A stretch of 32,000 nt of DNA from Plesiomonas sp. (GCF_051652165.1 NZ_JBOFTR010000004.1:439756-471755), one strand, 5' to 3'. Shown: positions 17,934 through 29,677, counted from the first letter of the stretch. The notes: generated by a model not told the origin, from the letters alone. Numbers and translations are program-made.

Positions 17934-18929
17934 TTAATCTGTTGTTAATTGACTTAACAGCATCCAAACAAATAATGGTGCACCAATACTCGCAGTTACG
18001 ACACCTACAGGTAACTCTGCTGCTTGTAATGATAACCGCGCCAATAAATCTGCAAATACCAAAGCTATTCCTCCACCAATGAAACATGCAGGTAATAAAT
18101 AGCGTTGGTCAGTAAAACCAGCAAGGCGTAATAAATGGGGAATAATTAATCCGACAAAGCTAATTACTCCGGCTAACGCAACACTTGTTCCAACAATAAA
18201 AGCAACAGCAATAACAAGCGTCACGCGTAACCAACGAATATTTAACCCTAATTGCTTTGCTGATGATTCTCCCAACAAAAGTAAATTAAATGAGGCTGAC
18301 TGCCGAAGTAACCAGGCTACTGGTAATAATAACAAGGGTAACATCACTAGCTGACTCCAGCTGACGCCACTAAAACTACCCATCATCCAATACATTAACT
18401 GGCGTAAGCTCAAATCATCACTTAGATATACCATCCATGTCATCATTGCACCGCTTAAAATACTAAATGCAACTCCCATTAACAGCAATCGTGCATTATT
18501 TAATCGTTTTACATGCGCGAGCCACAATAAAAACAAAGTAATAACCAGTGCCCCAATAATGGATAACAAACTCACTAACCAAATTGGAGGGAAACCATGA
18601 AACCACCACATCACAATAACGAGTAAAACCCCTGAACCATTTGATAACCCAAGTAGTCCAGGTTCGGCTAATGGATTTGCAAACAAATTTTGCATTGATG
18701 ACCCAGCAATAGCCAGTGCACCACCAACACACAACGCTGTTATCATGCGCGGTAAACGCAATTCAAAAACCAGCATTTGCGCAATAGGTGTATTCCATTG
18801 CGTTGGCCACAACCACTGTTCACCCACCATTAAACTAAATAGCATCATCAACAATAAAATAGCACTCATCACAACTATTTTTTGACGACAGCGACGATGC
18901 TGTAATTCCATTAAAGAGTAAAAAGACAT
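17934..18929 (-). CDS. btuC: Vitamin B12 ABC importer permease BtuC
   Basis: The 331-aa polytopic membrane protein belongs to the FecCD/BtuC family (LRLPR, GLSNGSG, GLIIPH motifs). It lies upstream of btuD. Confidence 0.9.
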   Translation of the reverse strand: MSFYSLMELQHRRCRQKIVVMSAILLLMMLFSLMVGEQWLWPTQWNTPIAQMLVFELRLPRMITALCVGGALAIAGSSMQNLFANPLAEPGLLGLSNGSGVLLVIVMWWFHGFPPIWLVSLLSIIGALVITLFLLWLAHVKRLNNARLLLMGVAFSILSGAMMTWMVYLSDDLSLRQLMYWMMGSFSGVSWSQLVMLPLLLLPVAWLLRQSASFNLLLLGESSAKQLGLNIRWLRVTLVIAVAFIVGTSVALAGVISFVGLIIPHLLRLAGFTDQRYLLPACFIGGGIALVFADLLARLSLQAAELPVGVVTASIGAPLFVWMLLSQLTTD

Positions 18930-19966
18930 TAGGATTTAAGATTATTCTGTAAAAGAAGTGGAATAGAAATGGGGATAGCGGTCAGACATACACGCTGCCC
19001 TATTGCAACATTGAGATTAGGAAAAATAATGGTCTCTTGGGGTTGTTCAATGCAGTAGTTTATATCGCCATCAACAGCAAACCGATCACCATTTTGAAAA
19101 AAGGCAAAATTAGGGAGATCATCTAAAAACAAAAATCGAAAATCATCACTATTACGGCGAATCTCGCGATAAACAGCGAATACATTTACCTCGGCTACTG
19201 ATTGCGGCCATACATAATCAATCTGACCACAAAAATTTATCAATTGTGTACGTAACAACGTTAATGCATGAGGGGCATTTTGCCCAAAAGGTGCAGCCTT
19301 ACCCAGTTCAAGAGTAAATGCATGCGCTGAAAACTCTTTGCTTGAAAAGTAGCTAAAGGTTGTACTTGGTGCATTCATTAGTACGACCGCACTAATACCA
19401 CAGGCCGATAAAAAAGCGAGTTGTTCTAAATTGTGAGCAGAATCATGTAAATAAGGGTAAATAGCAAATTTTTCATACAGTGAACTGCGTAAAGCAGTAT
19501 GAAGATCATAGTGATAACGTGCCCGAGTTGCTCCACCTTCGCGAAAAAATCGATCAACATAGGCTTCGAGTTTTGCTGCTCGATCGCGTTCACGTGAGCG
19601 TCCACCAAGGTGTGCACCACTGAATAACCGGTTTAAGTTATCACGAACCTCACGTACATTGGCATTAATTGCTGCAGGATTACCAAATATAAACATCACC
19701 CGCTGATTTACTTGCCATTTTTCCAGCAGTAATGTCTGAACTAAATCAGATAACAGCTCGATAGGTGCGGTTTCATTACCATGTATACCACATGACAAAA
19801 TAATATCGCGTTCAGAATATGTTTGGGGTGAAAATATAATAACCCCTGTATCCCAGATAGAGACTTTTGTACCGTTGTTTAACGTAAACTCACTAGCCGT
19901 TAAGTGCCACTCATTTACTAATGAAAGACTTAAAAAGTCACCATTTAACAACTCAACCAGTCGCAT
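18929..19966 (-). CDS. Succinylglutamate desuccinylase/aspartoacylase-family zinc hydrolase (AstE-like)
   Basis: The blocks SCGIHGNETAPIE, NRLF, YDLHTA.R and FTLELGKA.PFGQN parallel E. coli AstE. I prefer the ATG at 19966, which has the SD GGAGG 7 nt upstream; the track starts at 20032. Its stop TAA (18931-18929) overlaps the btuC ATG (18929-18927) as TAATG. Confidence 0.8.
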   Translation of the reverse strand: MRLVELLNGDFLSLSLVNEWHLTASEFTLNNGTKVSIWDTGVIIFSPQTYSERDIILSCGIHGNETAPIELLSDLVQTLLLEKWQVNQRVMFIFGNPAAINANVREVRDNLNRLFSGAHLGGRSRERDRAAKLEAYVDRFFREGGATRARYHYDLHTALRSSLYEKFAIYPYLHDSAHNLEQLAFLSACGISAVVLMNAPSTTFSYFSSKEFSAHAFTLELGKAAPFGQNAPHALTLLRTQLINFCGQIDYVWPQSVAEVNVFAVYREIRRNSDDFRFLFLDDLPNFAFFQNGDRFAVDGDINYCIEQPQETIIFPNLNVAIGQRVCLTAIPISIPLLLQNNLKS

Positions 19967-20063
19967 AAAAAACCTCCGTTGATGTCGCCAAATTTCGCAC
20001 TGTTCAATTTTCGCCATCCTAGCGTAGAGCATATAACGTAAAATACGGTGCTCAAAGAGCGAT

Positions 20064-20096
20064 TAAAAAAGGCTACCATAAATACGGTAGCCTTTT
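20064..20096 (-). terminator. Rho-independent terminator downstream of ihfA
   Basis: The stem is AAGGCTACC / GGTAGCCTT with an 8-nt loop. On the minus strand it is followed by TTTTTTAATC. Confidence 0.8.
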
Positions 20097-20201
20097 AGGG
20101 ATAAATAGCACGATTGCTGAATAATCAGCATCTGAATATAGATGCACTAAAAAAATAAATAGCAGACAAATGCGCGCTATATACGCGCAATATCACCCTA
20201 T

Positions 20202-20498
20202 TTACTCTTTTACATCCGTGCCTTCAACACGTGCCTTTAGTTTTTGCCCCGGTTTAAAGGTTACAACCCGACGGGCTGTAATCGGAATATCTTCACCGGT
20301 TTTCGGATTACGCCCAGGTCGCTGGTTTTTATCACGAAGCTCAAAGTTTCCGAAACCAGACAGCTTAATCTGTTCGCCATTCTCCAAAGCCTTTCTGATT
20401 TCCTCGAAAAACGCTTCAACCAGATCCTTGGCATCTCGCTTACTGAGTCCGAGGCTTTCAAATAGATTCTCTGCCATTTCGGCTTTGGTGAGTGCCAT
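20202..20498 (-). CDS. ihfA: Integration host factor subunit alpha
   Basis: The 98-aa ORF ([14 protein letters not shown]...[27 protein letters not shown]) is near-identical to E. coli IhfA. It lies 4 nt downstream of pheT. Confidence 0.97.
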   Translation of the reverse strand: MALTKAEMAENLFESLGLSKRDAKDLVEAFFEEIRKALENGEQIKLSGFGNFELRDKNQRPGRNPKTGEDIPITARRVVTFKPGQKLKARVEGTDVKE

Positions 20499-20502
20499 AG
20501 AT

Positions 20503-22890
20503 TTAGTCCCTCAAGGATGCATGAAATCTTACTTTTAACGCTTCCACTATGTTAGACACAGCGTTAGCAATTTCCTCTTCTTCCAGTGTACGGGAAGTAT
20601 CTTGCAGAACGAGGCTTACTGCCAAGCTCTTACAACCATCATTTATACCTTTTCCACGGTACACGTCAAATAAGTTTACGCCAACTAACTGATTTCCGCC
20701 AACTTTCTGACATTCATCAACAATATTTTGTGCTGAAACAGCTTCATCTACCACAATTGCAATATCACGGCGGTTTGCAGGGAAACGTGAAATACTCTGT
20801 GCAGAAGCGATCACACGTTGAGAGATTTTATCCCATTGCACTTCAAACAGCATAGTACGGCCGTTAAGATCCAGCTTACGCTCAAGCTCTGGGTGCAAAG
20901 CGCCTATCAGACCAATTTGCTCGCCATCTAAAAACAGAGCTGCGCTTTGCCCAGGATGCAGAGCGGGGTTAGATGTCGTTTGGAATTTAATATCTGCTAA
21001 ACGTCCAGTTAGCTCCAGAACTGTTTCTAAATCCCCTTTTAGGTCAAAAAAATCAACCGTTTTGCTCTCTTGAGCCCAATGCTCACCATTACGATTACCG
21101 GTAATTAAACCTGCCAGCATCGTTTCTTGGCGAACACCGTTTTCTGCGCTAGCATCAGGAATAAAGCGTAAACCACTTTCGAACAAGCGAACACGAGGTT
21201 GCTGACGGTTTTGGTTGTACACCGCTGCGCCCAATAAACCAGACCATAGAGATAAACGCATTGCCGACATTTCAACAGAAATTGGGTTTGGCAAAATCAT
21301 TGCTTCTTCATTTGGATGCAATAAAGCCTGAATTTTCGGATCAACAAAGCTATAAGTAATCGCCTCTTGATAACCACAATCTACCAATGCTGCTTTAACT
21401 CGCTTAAGCGGTAAGTTTGACTCTTTATGGTCATTCATACGCAACTCAGCCAACGGAGCTTCATTTGGAATATTGTTGTAACCGAAGATACGGGCCACTT
21501 CTTCGACCAAGTCCTCTTCAATTTCCATATCAAAACGCCAAGATGGCGCAATAGCCGTCCAACCGTCGGCTGTCTTGCTGACCTGACAACCTAAGCGGGT
21601 TAAAATATCAGTAACTACATTATCTTCAATAACATAGCCAATCAGCGAATCAAGTTTGTGACGGCGTAACGTAATAGTCGCAGCTTGTGGCAAATAGCTT
21701 GCAGAAGTCACATCAATAACAGGGCCTGCTTCACCGCCACAAATCTCAAGTAGCAATGCAGTGGCACGCTCTAACGCTTTATACTGCATGGCATGATCAA
21801 CACCACGTTCAAAACGGTGCGATGAATCCGTATGCAAACCATAAGCACGTGCTCGGCCTGTGATGCTCAGTGGGCTAAAGAAGGCACATTCAAGTAACAC
21901 ATTTTGCGTATCTGCCGTTACACCTGAGTACTCACCGCCAAAAATACCGGCCATTGCTAGTGGTTGTTTATGGTCAGCTATAACTAATGTATCACTGCGT
22001 AATGTCACTTCGTTGCCATCGAGCAGTGTTAGCTTTTCACCTTCTTCTGCCATACGAACAACAATACCACCATCGATTTTGCTTTCATCGAATGCGTGCA
22101 TTGGTTGCCCCATCTCAAGCAACATATAGTTAGTGATATCAACAACCGGGTCAATCGAGCGAATACCACAGCGGCGCAGTTTTTCCTGCATCCATAATGG
22201 GCTTGCGGTATTAAGGTTAATCCCCTTGATAATTCGACCTAAATAGCGCGGGCAAGCCTGAGGTGCATTCACCTTGATTGGTAGCACATTTTCAATGCTT
22301 GCAACAATGGGGTTAATCGCTGGCTCAGTCACCGGTAAACGGTTCAGTACACCCACTTCACGGGCGATACCCGCCATACCCAAACAATCAGCACGGTTTG
22401 GTGTTAAGCCGATTTCAATCGCGTTATCGTTGAGTTTTAGATACTCACGTATATCCATGCCAACGGGCGCATCAGCCGGTAATTCAATAATACCGTCAGA
22501 TTCAACCGGAATTGCCAGCTCATCAAAAGAGCACAGCATACCCTCAGAGGGTTGCCCACGTAGTTTGGCTTTCTTTATTTTGAAATCACCCGGCAGCACT
22601 GCACCTACGGTTGCACAGCAGACTTTCAGGCCTTGGCGACAATTTGGTGCACCACAAACGATATCAATAAGAGTGTCGTTACCCACATCAACTTTAGTGA
22701 CTCGCAGTTTATCTGCATCAGGATGCTGCGCACACTCAACTACATGCCCAACTACGACACCACTAAATGCACCGGCAACTGGCTCAACAGCATCAACTTC
22801 TAAGCCTGCCATGGTAATTTGTTCTGATAATTCTTCGGTGCTAATTGTAGGATTAACCCACTCACGTAGCCAAGATTCGCTGAATTTCAT
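20503..22890 (-). CDS. pheT: Phenylalanine--tRNA ligase beta subunit
   Basis: The 795-aa ORF starts [14 protein letters not shown]. Its length and its position after pheS match E. coli PheT. Confidence 0.97.
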   Translation of the reverse strand: MKFSESWLREWVNPTISTEELSEQITMAGLEVDAVEPVAGAFSGVVVGHVVECAQHPDADKLRVTKVDVGNDTLIDIVCGAPNCRQGLKVCCATVGAVLPGDFKIKKAKLRGQPSEGMLCSFDELAIPVESDGIIELPADAPVGMDIREYLKLNDNAIEIGLTPNRADCLGMAGIAREVGVLNRLPVTEPAINPIVASIENVLPIKVNAPQACPRYLGRIIKGINLNTASPLWMQEKLRRCGIRSIDPVVDITNYMLLEMGQPMHAFDESKIDGGIVVRMAEEGEKLTLLDGNEVTLRSDTLVIADHKQPLAMAGIFGGEYSGVTADTQNVLLECAFFSPLSITGRARAYGLHTDSSHRFERGVDHAMQYKALERATALLLEICGGEAGPVIDVTSASYLPQAATITLRRHKLDSLIGYVIEDNVVTDILTRLGCQVSKTADGWTAIAPSWRFDMEIEEDLVEEVARIFGYNNIPNEAPLAELRMNDHKESNLPLKRVKAALVDCGYQEAITYSFVDPKIQALLHPNEEAMILPNPISVEMSAMRLSLWSGLLGAAVYNQNRQQPRVRLFESGLRFIPDASAENGVRQETMLAGLITGNRNGEHWAQESKTVDFFDLKGDLETVLELTGRLADIKFQTTSNPALHPGQSAALFLDGEQIGLIGALHPELERKLDLNGRTMLFEVQWDKISQRVIASAQSISRFPANRRDIAIVVDEAVSAQNIVDECQKVGGNQLVGVNLFDVYRGKGINDGCKSLAVSLVLQDTSRTLEEEEIANAVSNIVEALKVRFHASLRD

Positions 22891-22908
22891 TGTATTCGAC
22901 TCCCGAAA

Positions 22909-23904
<996 letters not shown>

Positions 23905-24091
23905 TCAATTACCCCATATAGGGAGTTGCTCGTAACTGTAACTTATCAATAAACAAGGATATTATCGTTTTCCTGTCTATTCACCAAATGCTAATACCCT
24001 ATCATGATTAAATCAGCGTTTGCCGTCTTTAATACTGTGCCATTTTAGAGCGTTGTTCTATTATTACTGCTGTAAAATCTACAATTACCTA

Positions 24092-24120
24092 ACAAAAAAG
24101 CCTCCCATTGGGAGGCTTTT
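24092..24120 (-). terminator. pheST attenuator terminator
   Basis: On the minus strand, AAGCCTCCC-AAT-GGGAGGCTT is followed by TTTTTTG. It sits between the Phe-rich leader ORF and pheS. An upstream GGGAGG (24165-24160) could pair with the CCTCCC arm as an antiterminator. Confidence 0.85.
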
Positions 24121-24168
24121 TGCATTCGTCTTTCGTTTCTTTTCTCAACGCGAAGCAATCCTCCCTGT

Positions 24169-24225
24169 TTATTGGGGGATAAAGCAAAAAAAGAAACGAA
24201 AGATGATGCTGGAATAATAAGTCAT
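24169..24225 (-). CDS. pheM: pheST operon leader peptide (18 aa, 5 Phe codons)
   Basis: Hand translation gives ATG ACT TAT TAT TCC AGC ATC ATC TTT CGT TTC TTT TTT TGC TTT ATC CCC CAA TAA, which reads MTYYSSIIFRFFFCFIPQ. The IFRFFF core is as in E. coli PheM ([14 protein letters not shown]). It is too short to appear in the ORF track. Confidence 0.85.
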   Translation of the reverse strand: MTYYSSIIFRFFFCFIPQ

Positions 24226-24261
24226 TCTGTAATGTATTGGCTGTATCAGTTAACGCTTTTA

Positions 24262-24293
24262 AGTAAAAAAATAAGGGAGGCAATGCCTCCCTT
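24262..24293 (-). terminator. Rho-independent terminator after rplT
   Basis: On the minus strand, AAGGGAGGC-ATT-GCCTCCCTT is followed by ATTTTTTTT. It lies immediately after the rplT stop. Confidence 0.85.
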
Positions 24294-24308
24294 ACCTATT
24301 GAACTAGC

Positions 24309-24674
<366 letters not shown>

Positions 24675-24703
24675 CTAATCGTCTTAAACCTGAAAAAAAA
24701 ATG

Positions 24704-24901
24704 TTATGCGTACGGCAGACACGCTACTACCAGAACCAGGTCGGACTTAGCAACCATGGACTTGTGACGTAGGTGACGCTTACGAGTAGTCGATTTCTTA
24801 GTCAGGATATGACGCAGGTGAGACTGCTTACGCTTGAAACCACCAGAAGCAGTTTTCTTAAAGCGCTTAGCGGCACCGCGCACGGTTTTCATTTTTGGCA
24901 T
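24704..24901 (-). CDS. rpmI: 50S ribosomal protein L35
   Basis: The 65-aa ORF reads [17 protein letters not shown]... It lies between infC and rplT. Confidence 0.98.
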   Translation of the reverse strand: MPKMKTVRGAAKRFKKTASGGFKRKQSHLRHILTKKSTTRKRHLRHKSMVAKSDLVLVVACLPYA

Positions 24902-24949
24902 GAGTATCTACTCCGCATTGTTAATTGAAACGAACCAGCTAGGCGAGCT

Positions 24950-24973
24950 ATGTTGGCATCGAAATGCCAACAT
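24950..24973 (-). promoter_or_regulatory. Perfect 10-bp hairpin in the infC-rpmI spacer. It may be part of the L20 translational operator of rpmI-rplT.
   Basis: ATGTTGGCAT-CGAA-ATGCCAACAT is seen directly in the sequence. Its role is inferred from the known L20 autoregulation upstream of rpmI in E. coli. There is no U-tract, so it is not a simple terminator. Confidence 0.4.
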
Positions 24974-24991
24974 AAACTACTTGTATATGCC

Positions 24992-25534
24992 TTACTGTTT
25001 CTTCTTAGGTGCGAGCACCATAATCATCTGACGTGCTTCAATTCGGCTCGGATACGATTCAACTACAGCAAGTTCTGCTAAGTCGTCACGGATACGGTTA
25101 AGAACTTCAACACCGATTTGTTGGTGAGCCATTTCACGACCACGGAAACGCAGTGTGATTTTAGCTTTATCGCCTTCTTCCAGAAAACGAATCAGGTTGC
25201 GTAGTTTGACCTGATAGTCGCCGTCATCTGTACCAGGACGGAATTTAATTTCCTTAACCTGAATAACTTTTTGATTTTTCTTTTGCTCTTTCGCAGCCTT
25301 GCTCTTTTCATAAAGGAATTTGCCGTAATCCATGATACGACAAACTGGCGGCTCCGCTGTAGGACTGATCTCTACTAGATCAACGCCTGCTTCTGCTGCT
25401 TTTTCACGAGCATCAAGGATGCTAACAACACCGATTTGCTCGCCGTCTACGCCGATCAGACGGACTTCACGGACGCGAATCTCTTCGTTAATACGGTTTG
25501 GTCGCGTCGGTTGAACTCGTTTTGCGCCTTTAAT
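24992..25534 (-). CDS. infC: Translation initiation factor IF-3, AUU start codon
   Basis: The track reports only the C-terminal 113 aa, from an internal Met. Extending the frame by hand gives (AUU)[72 protein letters not shown]... This totals 180 aa, like E. coli IF3. ATT is at 25534-25532, 4 nt after the thrS stop, and GAGGA lies upstream. Confidence 0.92.
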   Translation of the reverse strand: MKGAKRVQPTRPNRINEEIRVREVRLIGVDGEQIGVVSILDAREKAAEAGVDLVEISPTAEPPVCRIMDYGKFLYEKSKAAKEQKKNQKVIQVKEIKFRPGTDDGDYQVKLRNLIRFLEEGDKAKITLRFRGREMAHQQIGVEVLNRIRDDLAELAVVESYPSRIEARQMIMVLAPKKKQ

Positions 25535-25538
25535 AAGC

Positions 25539-27467
25539 TTATTCCTCTAAAAGATTCAAATTACGGCTGCGAATTTCTTGCTTCAAATGAGCAATGAATT
25601 CGTCAACATTCATACTGCCTAGGTCTTTACCGCGGCGGGTGCGTACGGCGACTTGGCCGCCTTCCACTTCTTTATCGCCACAAACCAGCATATACGGTAC
25701 ACGCCGTAAAGTGTGTTCGCGGATTTTAAAGCCAATCTTCTCATTTCTCAAGTCTGATTTTACTCTCAGACCTGCAGATTGCAGCTTTTCGGTCAATTCG
25801 CGTACATAATCGGCTTGGTTATCAGTAATATTCATGATAACCGCTTGTACCGGTGCTAGCCATGACGGGAAGTACCCTGCGTACTCTTCGATTAAGATAC
25901 CGATGAAACGCTCGAGTGAACCCAAAATTGCACGGTGAATCATGACTGGTACGTGGCGTTCGTTATTTTCACCAACGTAAGAGGCATTTAAACGACCTGG
26001 CAGTGCAAAGTCGAGCTGGATAGTACCACATTGCCATGCACGATCTAAACAATCATGCAGAGTAAATTCAATTTTAGGGCCATAAAATGCCCCCTCACCC
26101 GGTTGAAGATCAAAATCTAAGCCATTTGCACGCAGTGCTTCGGCCAGACCCTCTTCTGCTTTGTCCCATGTTTCATCGGAACCAATGCGTTTTTCCGGAC
26201 GTGTTGATAATTTTACTGCAATATTCTGGAAACCGAAAGTACTGTAGACGTCGTAAACCATTTTAATACAATTGGTTACTTCTTCTTGTACTTGATCTTC
26301 AGTACAGAAAATATGGGCATCATCTTGGGTGAAGCCGCGTACACGCATTAGGCCATGCAGTGAGCCTGATGGCTCATTACGGTGGCAGCAACCAAATTCA
26401 GCCATGCGCAGTGGCAGATCACGGTAAGATTTCAAACCTTGGTTGAAAATCTGTACGTGGCCTGGGCAGTTCATTGGCTTAATGGCGTATTCACGGTTCT
26501 CTGATGAGGTGGTGAACATTGCTTCAGCGTATTTTTCCCAATGACCTGAACGCTCCCACAGCACGCGGTCCATCATGAATGGGCCTTTGACCTCTTGGTA
26601 GTCATATTCGCGCAGTTTCATGCGAACAAACGCTTCTAGCTCACGGAAGATAGTCCAGCCATCATTGTGCCAAAAGACCATACCCGGTGCTTCTTCCTGC
26701 ATATGATACAGGTCAAGCTGCTTGCCGATTTTACGATGGTCGCGTTTTGCTGCTTCTTCTAAACGCTGTAAATAAGCACTTAGCTGTTTTTTATCTGCCC
26801 ACGCCGTACCATAAATACGTTGCAGCATTTTATTGCTGCTATCACCACGCCAATATGCACCTGCAGTTTTTTGCAGTTTAAAATGGTGGCAGAAACGCAT
26901 GTTAGGCACATGCGGGCCACGGCACATATCAACGTACTCTTCGTGGTGATACAGACCCGGCTGGTCATCACGCGCAATATTTTCGTCAAGAATGGCGACT
27001 TTATAATTTTCACCGCGTGTAGCAAATGTGTCACGGGCTTCTTGCCAGCTCACTTTTTTCTTGATGACATCGTAATCTTTTTTCGCCAGCTCAAGCATGC
27101 GCTTTTCAAGCTGATCTAAGTCTTCCTGACTTAAGGTACGGTCAATATCCACATCGTAGTAAAAACCGTGGTCGATGACAGGGCCGATTGCCATACGGGT
27201 GTCTGGCCACAACTGCTTGATAGCATGACCTAACAGATGTGCGCAGGAGTGTCGTAGAATTTCGACACCCGCATCATCTTTTGCCGTAATAATAGCAACG
27301 TGTGCATCTTGTTCGATCAGATCGCTGGCATCAGCCAGTTCACCGTTAATACGGCCGGCAATACAGGCTTTCGCCAGACCTGGGCCGATATCACGCGCGA
27401 TATCCATAATAGAAACAGCATGATCGAACTGACGCTGACTGCCGTCAGGAAGGGTAATAACAGGCAT
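25539..27467 (-). CDS. thrS: Threonine--tRNA ligase
   Basis: The 642-aa ORF starts [19 protein letters not shown]. It has class II aaRS motifs and lies upstream of infC. Confidence 0.98.
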   Translation of the reverse strand: MPVITLPDGSQRQFDHAVSIMDIARDIGPGLAKACIAGRINGELADASDLIEQDAHVAIITAKDDAGVEILRHSCAHLLGHAIKQLWPDTRMAIGPVIDHGFYYDVDIDRTLSQEDLDQLEKRMLELAKKDYDVIKKKVSWQEARDTFATRGENYKVAILDENIARDDQPGLYHHEEYVDMCRGPHVPNMRFCHHFKLQKTAGAYWRGDSSNKMLQRIYGTAWADKKQLSAYLQRLEEAAKRDHRKIGKQLDLYHMQEEAPGMVFWHNDGWTIFRELEAFVRMKLREYDYQEVKGPFMMDRVLWERSGHWEKYAEAMFTTSSENREYAIKPMNCPGHVQIFNQGLKSYRDLPLRMAEFGCCHRNEPSGSLHGLMRVRGFTQDDAHIFCTEDQVQEEVTNCIKMVYDVYSTFGFQNIAVKLSTRPEKRIGSDETWDKAEEGLAEALRANGLDFDLQPGEGAFYGPKIEFTLHDCLDRAWQCGTIQLDFALPGRLNASYVGENNERHVPVMIHRAILGSLERFIGILIEEYAGYFPSWLAPVQAVIMNITDNQADYVRELTEKLQSAGLRVKSDLRNEKIGFKIREHTLRRVPYMLVCGDKEVEGGQVAVRTRRGKDLGSMNVDEFIAHLKQEIRSRNLNLLEE

Positions 27468-27489
27468 AATGATTCCTTATTCTGCAGTG

Positions 27490-27510
27490 GTGACCCACAC
27501 GAAAGATCAC
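27490..27510 (-). promoter_or_regulatory. thrS translational operator hairpin (tRNA-Thr anticodon-arm mimic)
   Basis: The minus strand reads GTGATC-TTTCGTGTG-GGTCAC followed by CACTGCAGAATAAGGAATCATTATG. The stem-loop exposes CGU and lies just 5' of the SD and AUG. This matches the arrangement I recall for the E. coli thrS operator domain 2. Confidence 0.6.
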
Positions 27511-28071
27511 ATACAGCTTTAATAATCGTTAATTTACAGTTTGTTGTGTATAAATCTAATAAACCATCACTACATTGGTACACAACTTAGTACACAGATG
27601 TTCTCTTGCTATATCTATCAATAGCCACCTGATAAGTTGATGTTAACACCAACAAAAGATCAATTGCACCCTTATGATGTGTGCAATATTTACCAATTGG
27701 TCATCAACTAACCGAATACGTGCTATTTCCTTACTCTATGCGTGAATTATCCAAACAAAAACTCGATTGCCAGGCTCGCTATCGGCCACAATTGCCTTTG
27801 CTACAAGCTTAAACTGTATGAACTACAATAATGGGAATAAATTTAAAAATGAGGTATAACACTACATTACATAAACGCATTGAAACACGACACAATGCAT
27901 AACGTATTCACATCACTTTTTGTAAGCCAAAGCTTTTTGTTTATATTTAATACCACAATGTGCTCAATTGTGCGCTAATCCAGAGATTATACTTAATTAA
28001 TATACGACTTGATTGAACTAACATAACACAGCGGTAACTTTTCCCTATCACTTTACGTAAGGGGTCATACT

Positions 28072-28950
28072 ATGTGGCATACAGTCTGTACGTTGTTAAG
28101 TGAACACTTCCAATATACTTATGTGATTTCAGAAAAAACTGTGCTACGAGGGAGTGAGATATCTGAAAATTATCGAATTTCGAATGGGCATCACCCTGTT
28201 TTTGTTAAAGTAAATGATCTCACTACCCTATCGCAATTTCAAAGTGAATACGATGCACTTTCATTACTAAGTAGCACAGAAACCGTGCGTGCACCCACCC
28301 CTTATGCTGTTGGTGTATTCAGAAATAAAAGTTTTTTGCTCATGGAGTATATTGACCTTGCGCCACTCAATACGATAGATGCCGCAGAGTTAGGTGCTCA
28401 ATTGGCTTGTTTGCACTTATGGGGTGAGCAGTTAAAATTTGGGTTTGATGAGGACAATAATTTAGGTTGTACTCCACAGCCTAATAGCTGGCAACTTCGT
28501 TGGGACACTTTTTTTGCTGAACAACGTATTGGCTGGCAATTACAGCTGTGCCAAGAAAAAGGCATTTATTTTGGAGATATCAAACAGATTGTATTATACG
28601 TTAGAGATATTCTCTCTGGGCATACGATTGAGCCCTCTTTACTGCTTGGAAATTTGTTAAGCACACACTGTGGAAGTTCATCAACCGGACCAGTGGTTTT
28701 TAATCCGGCTTGTTATTGGGGCGATAGAGAGTGTGATATTGCGGTAAGTGAGCTGGCGAATACGTTATTCACACCGTTACCCGCAACATTTCAGCAGGCT
28801 TATGAGCGTTTAAGCCCCCTTCCCGCTGGTTATAATCAGCGTAAGAGCATTTATCAACTTTATCATTTACTGAATTTATGCAATTTGTTTGGTGGACATT
28901 ATTTAGCACACGCGCAAACCGTGATCGACCGAATGATTTTTCACTCTTGA
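28072..28950 (+). CDS. yniA: Fructosamine-kinase-family protein (YniA-like) with substituted catalytic residues
   Basis: The 292-aa ORF shares blocks with E. coli YniA: TPQPNSWQLRWDTFFAEQRIGWQL, PACYWGDRECD and YQLYHLLN. The catalytic loop reads LLLGNLLSTHC instead of LLHGDLWSGNC, and FNPA replaces FDPA. Confidence 0.85.
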   Translation: MWHTVCTLLSEHFQYTYVISEKTVLRGSEISENYRISNGHHPVFVKVNDLTTLSQFQSEYDALSLLSSTETVRAPTPYAVGVFRNKSFLLMEYIDLAPLNTIDAAELGAQLACLHLWGEQLKFGFDEDNNLGCTPQPNSWQLRWDTFFAEQRIGWQLQLCQEKGIYFGDIKQIVLYVRDILSGHTIEPSLLLGNLLSTHCGSSSTGPVVFNPACYWGDRECDIAVSELANTLFTPLPATFQQAYERLSPLPAGYNQRKSIYQLYHLLNLCNLFGGHYLAHAQTVIDRMIFHS

Positions 28951-29021
28951 TATTGATATTTATCATGATGAATATACATAATATTGCATAGATAGTTGTA
29001 CTATTTCAAAGGAGTGATGGA

Positions 29022-29669
29022 ATGCTAAAGGCAGCCATATTTGATATGGATGGATTATTGGTTGATTCTGAACCGTTTTGGCAACAGGCTCAAATTGATA
29101 TATTACGTCCACTCGGTGTTGATATTACATTACAAGATACACTATTAACGACGGGTGTACGTATCGATCAGATAGTTAATCTATGGTATAGCCGCTTTCC
29201 TTGGTCAGGTATCAGTAAAGAAGCTGTTGTTGCACAGATTGTTCAGCAAGTTGGTAATTTGGTTGCACGTTATAAGCCCATAATGCCCGGTGTAACAGAT
29301 GTACTAAGCTTGTGCCATAAGTGTGATTTGAAAATTGGATTAGCTTCTTCTTCACCACTAGAATTAATTCATCAGGTACTTGAAGCTCTTAGCTTAACAG
29401 ACTGTTTTGATGCTATTGAGTCAGCAAAATCGCTACCTTATGGAAAACCTCATCCAGAGGTTTACCTTAAATGTGCACAGGCCTTACATGTTCAACCAAT
29501 ACAATGCGTTGCATTTGAGGATTCACTACCGGGGCTCATTTCTGCTAAAGCTGCGCGTATGAAGACAGTCGTGATCCCTGAGAAACTATTATTAGATGAT
29601 CCAAAATGGTCAATTGCTGATTACTGCTTGCCGAGTTTACAGTTAGTAAATTATTTGCATTTGAAATAG
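29022..29669 (+). CDS. hxpB: HAD-family sugar phosphatase (YniC/HxpB-like, 2-deoxyglucose-6-phosphatase type)
   Basis: It has HAD motif I (AAIFDMDGLLVDSEP), GLASSSP, YGKPHPEVY and FEDS..G..SAKAARM. It aligns with E. coli YniC along its whole length. Confidence 0.88.
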   Translation: MLKAAIFDMDGLLVDSEPFWQQAQIDILRPLGVDITLQDTLLTTGVRIDQIVNLWYSRFPWSGISKEAVVAQIVQQVGNLVARYKPIMPGVTDVLSLCHKCDLKIGLASSSPLELIHQVLEALSLTDCFDAIESAKSLPYGKPHPEVYLKCAQALHVQPIQCVAFEDSLPGLISAKAARMKTVVIPEKLLLDDPKWSIADYCLPSLQLVNYLHLK

Positions 29670-29677
29670 TATTTATG

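Noticed and set aside
20260-20267. Exact Ter core 8-mer GTTACAAC inside ihfA, plus one-mismatch cores at about 11343-11350, 29704-29711 and 30302-30309
   Set aside because: None has flanking similarity to the 23-bp Ter consensus, and most lack the G6 position. All lie inside coding sequence or hairpins, which is consistent with chance.
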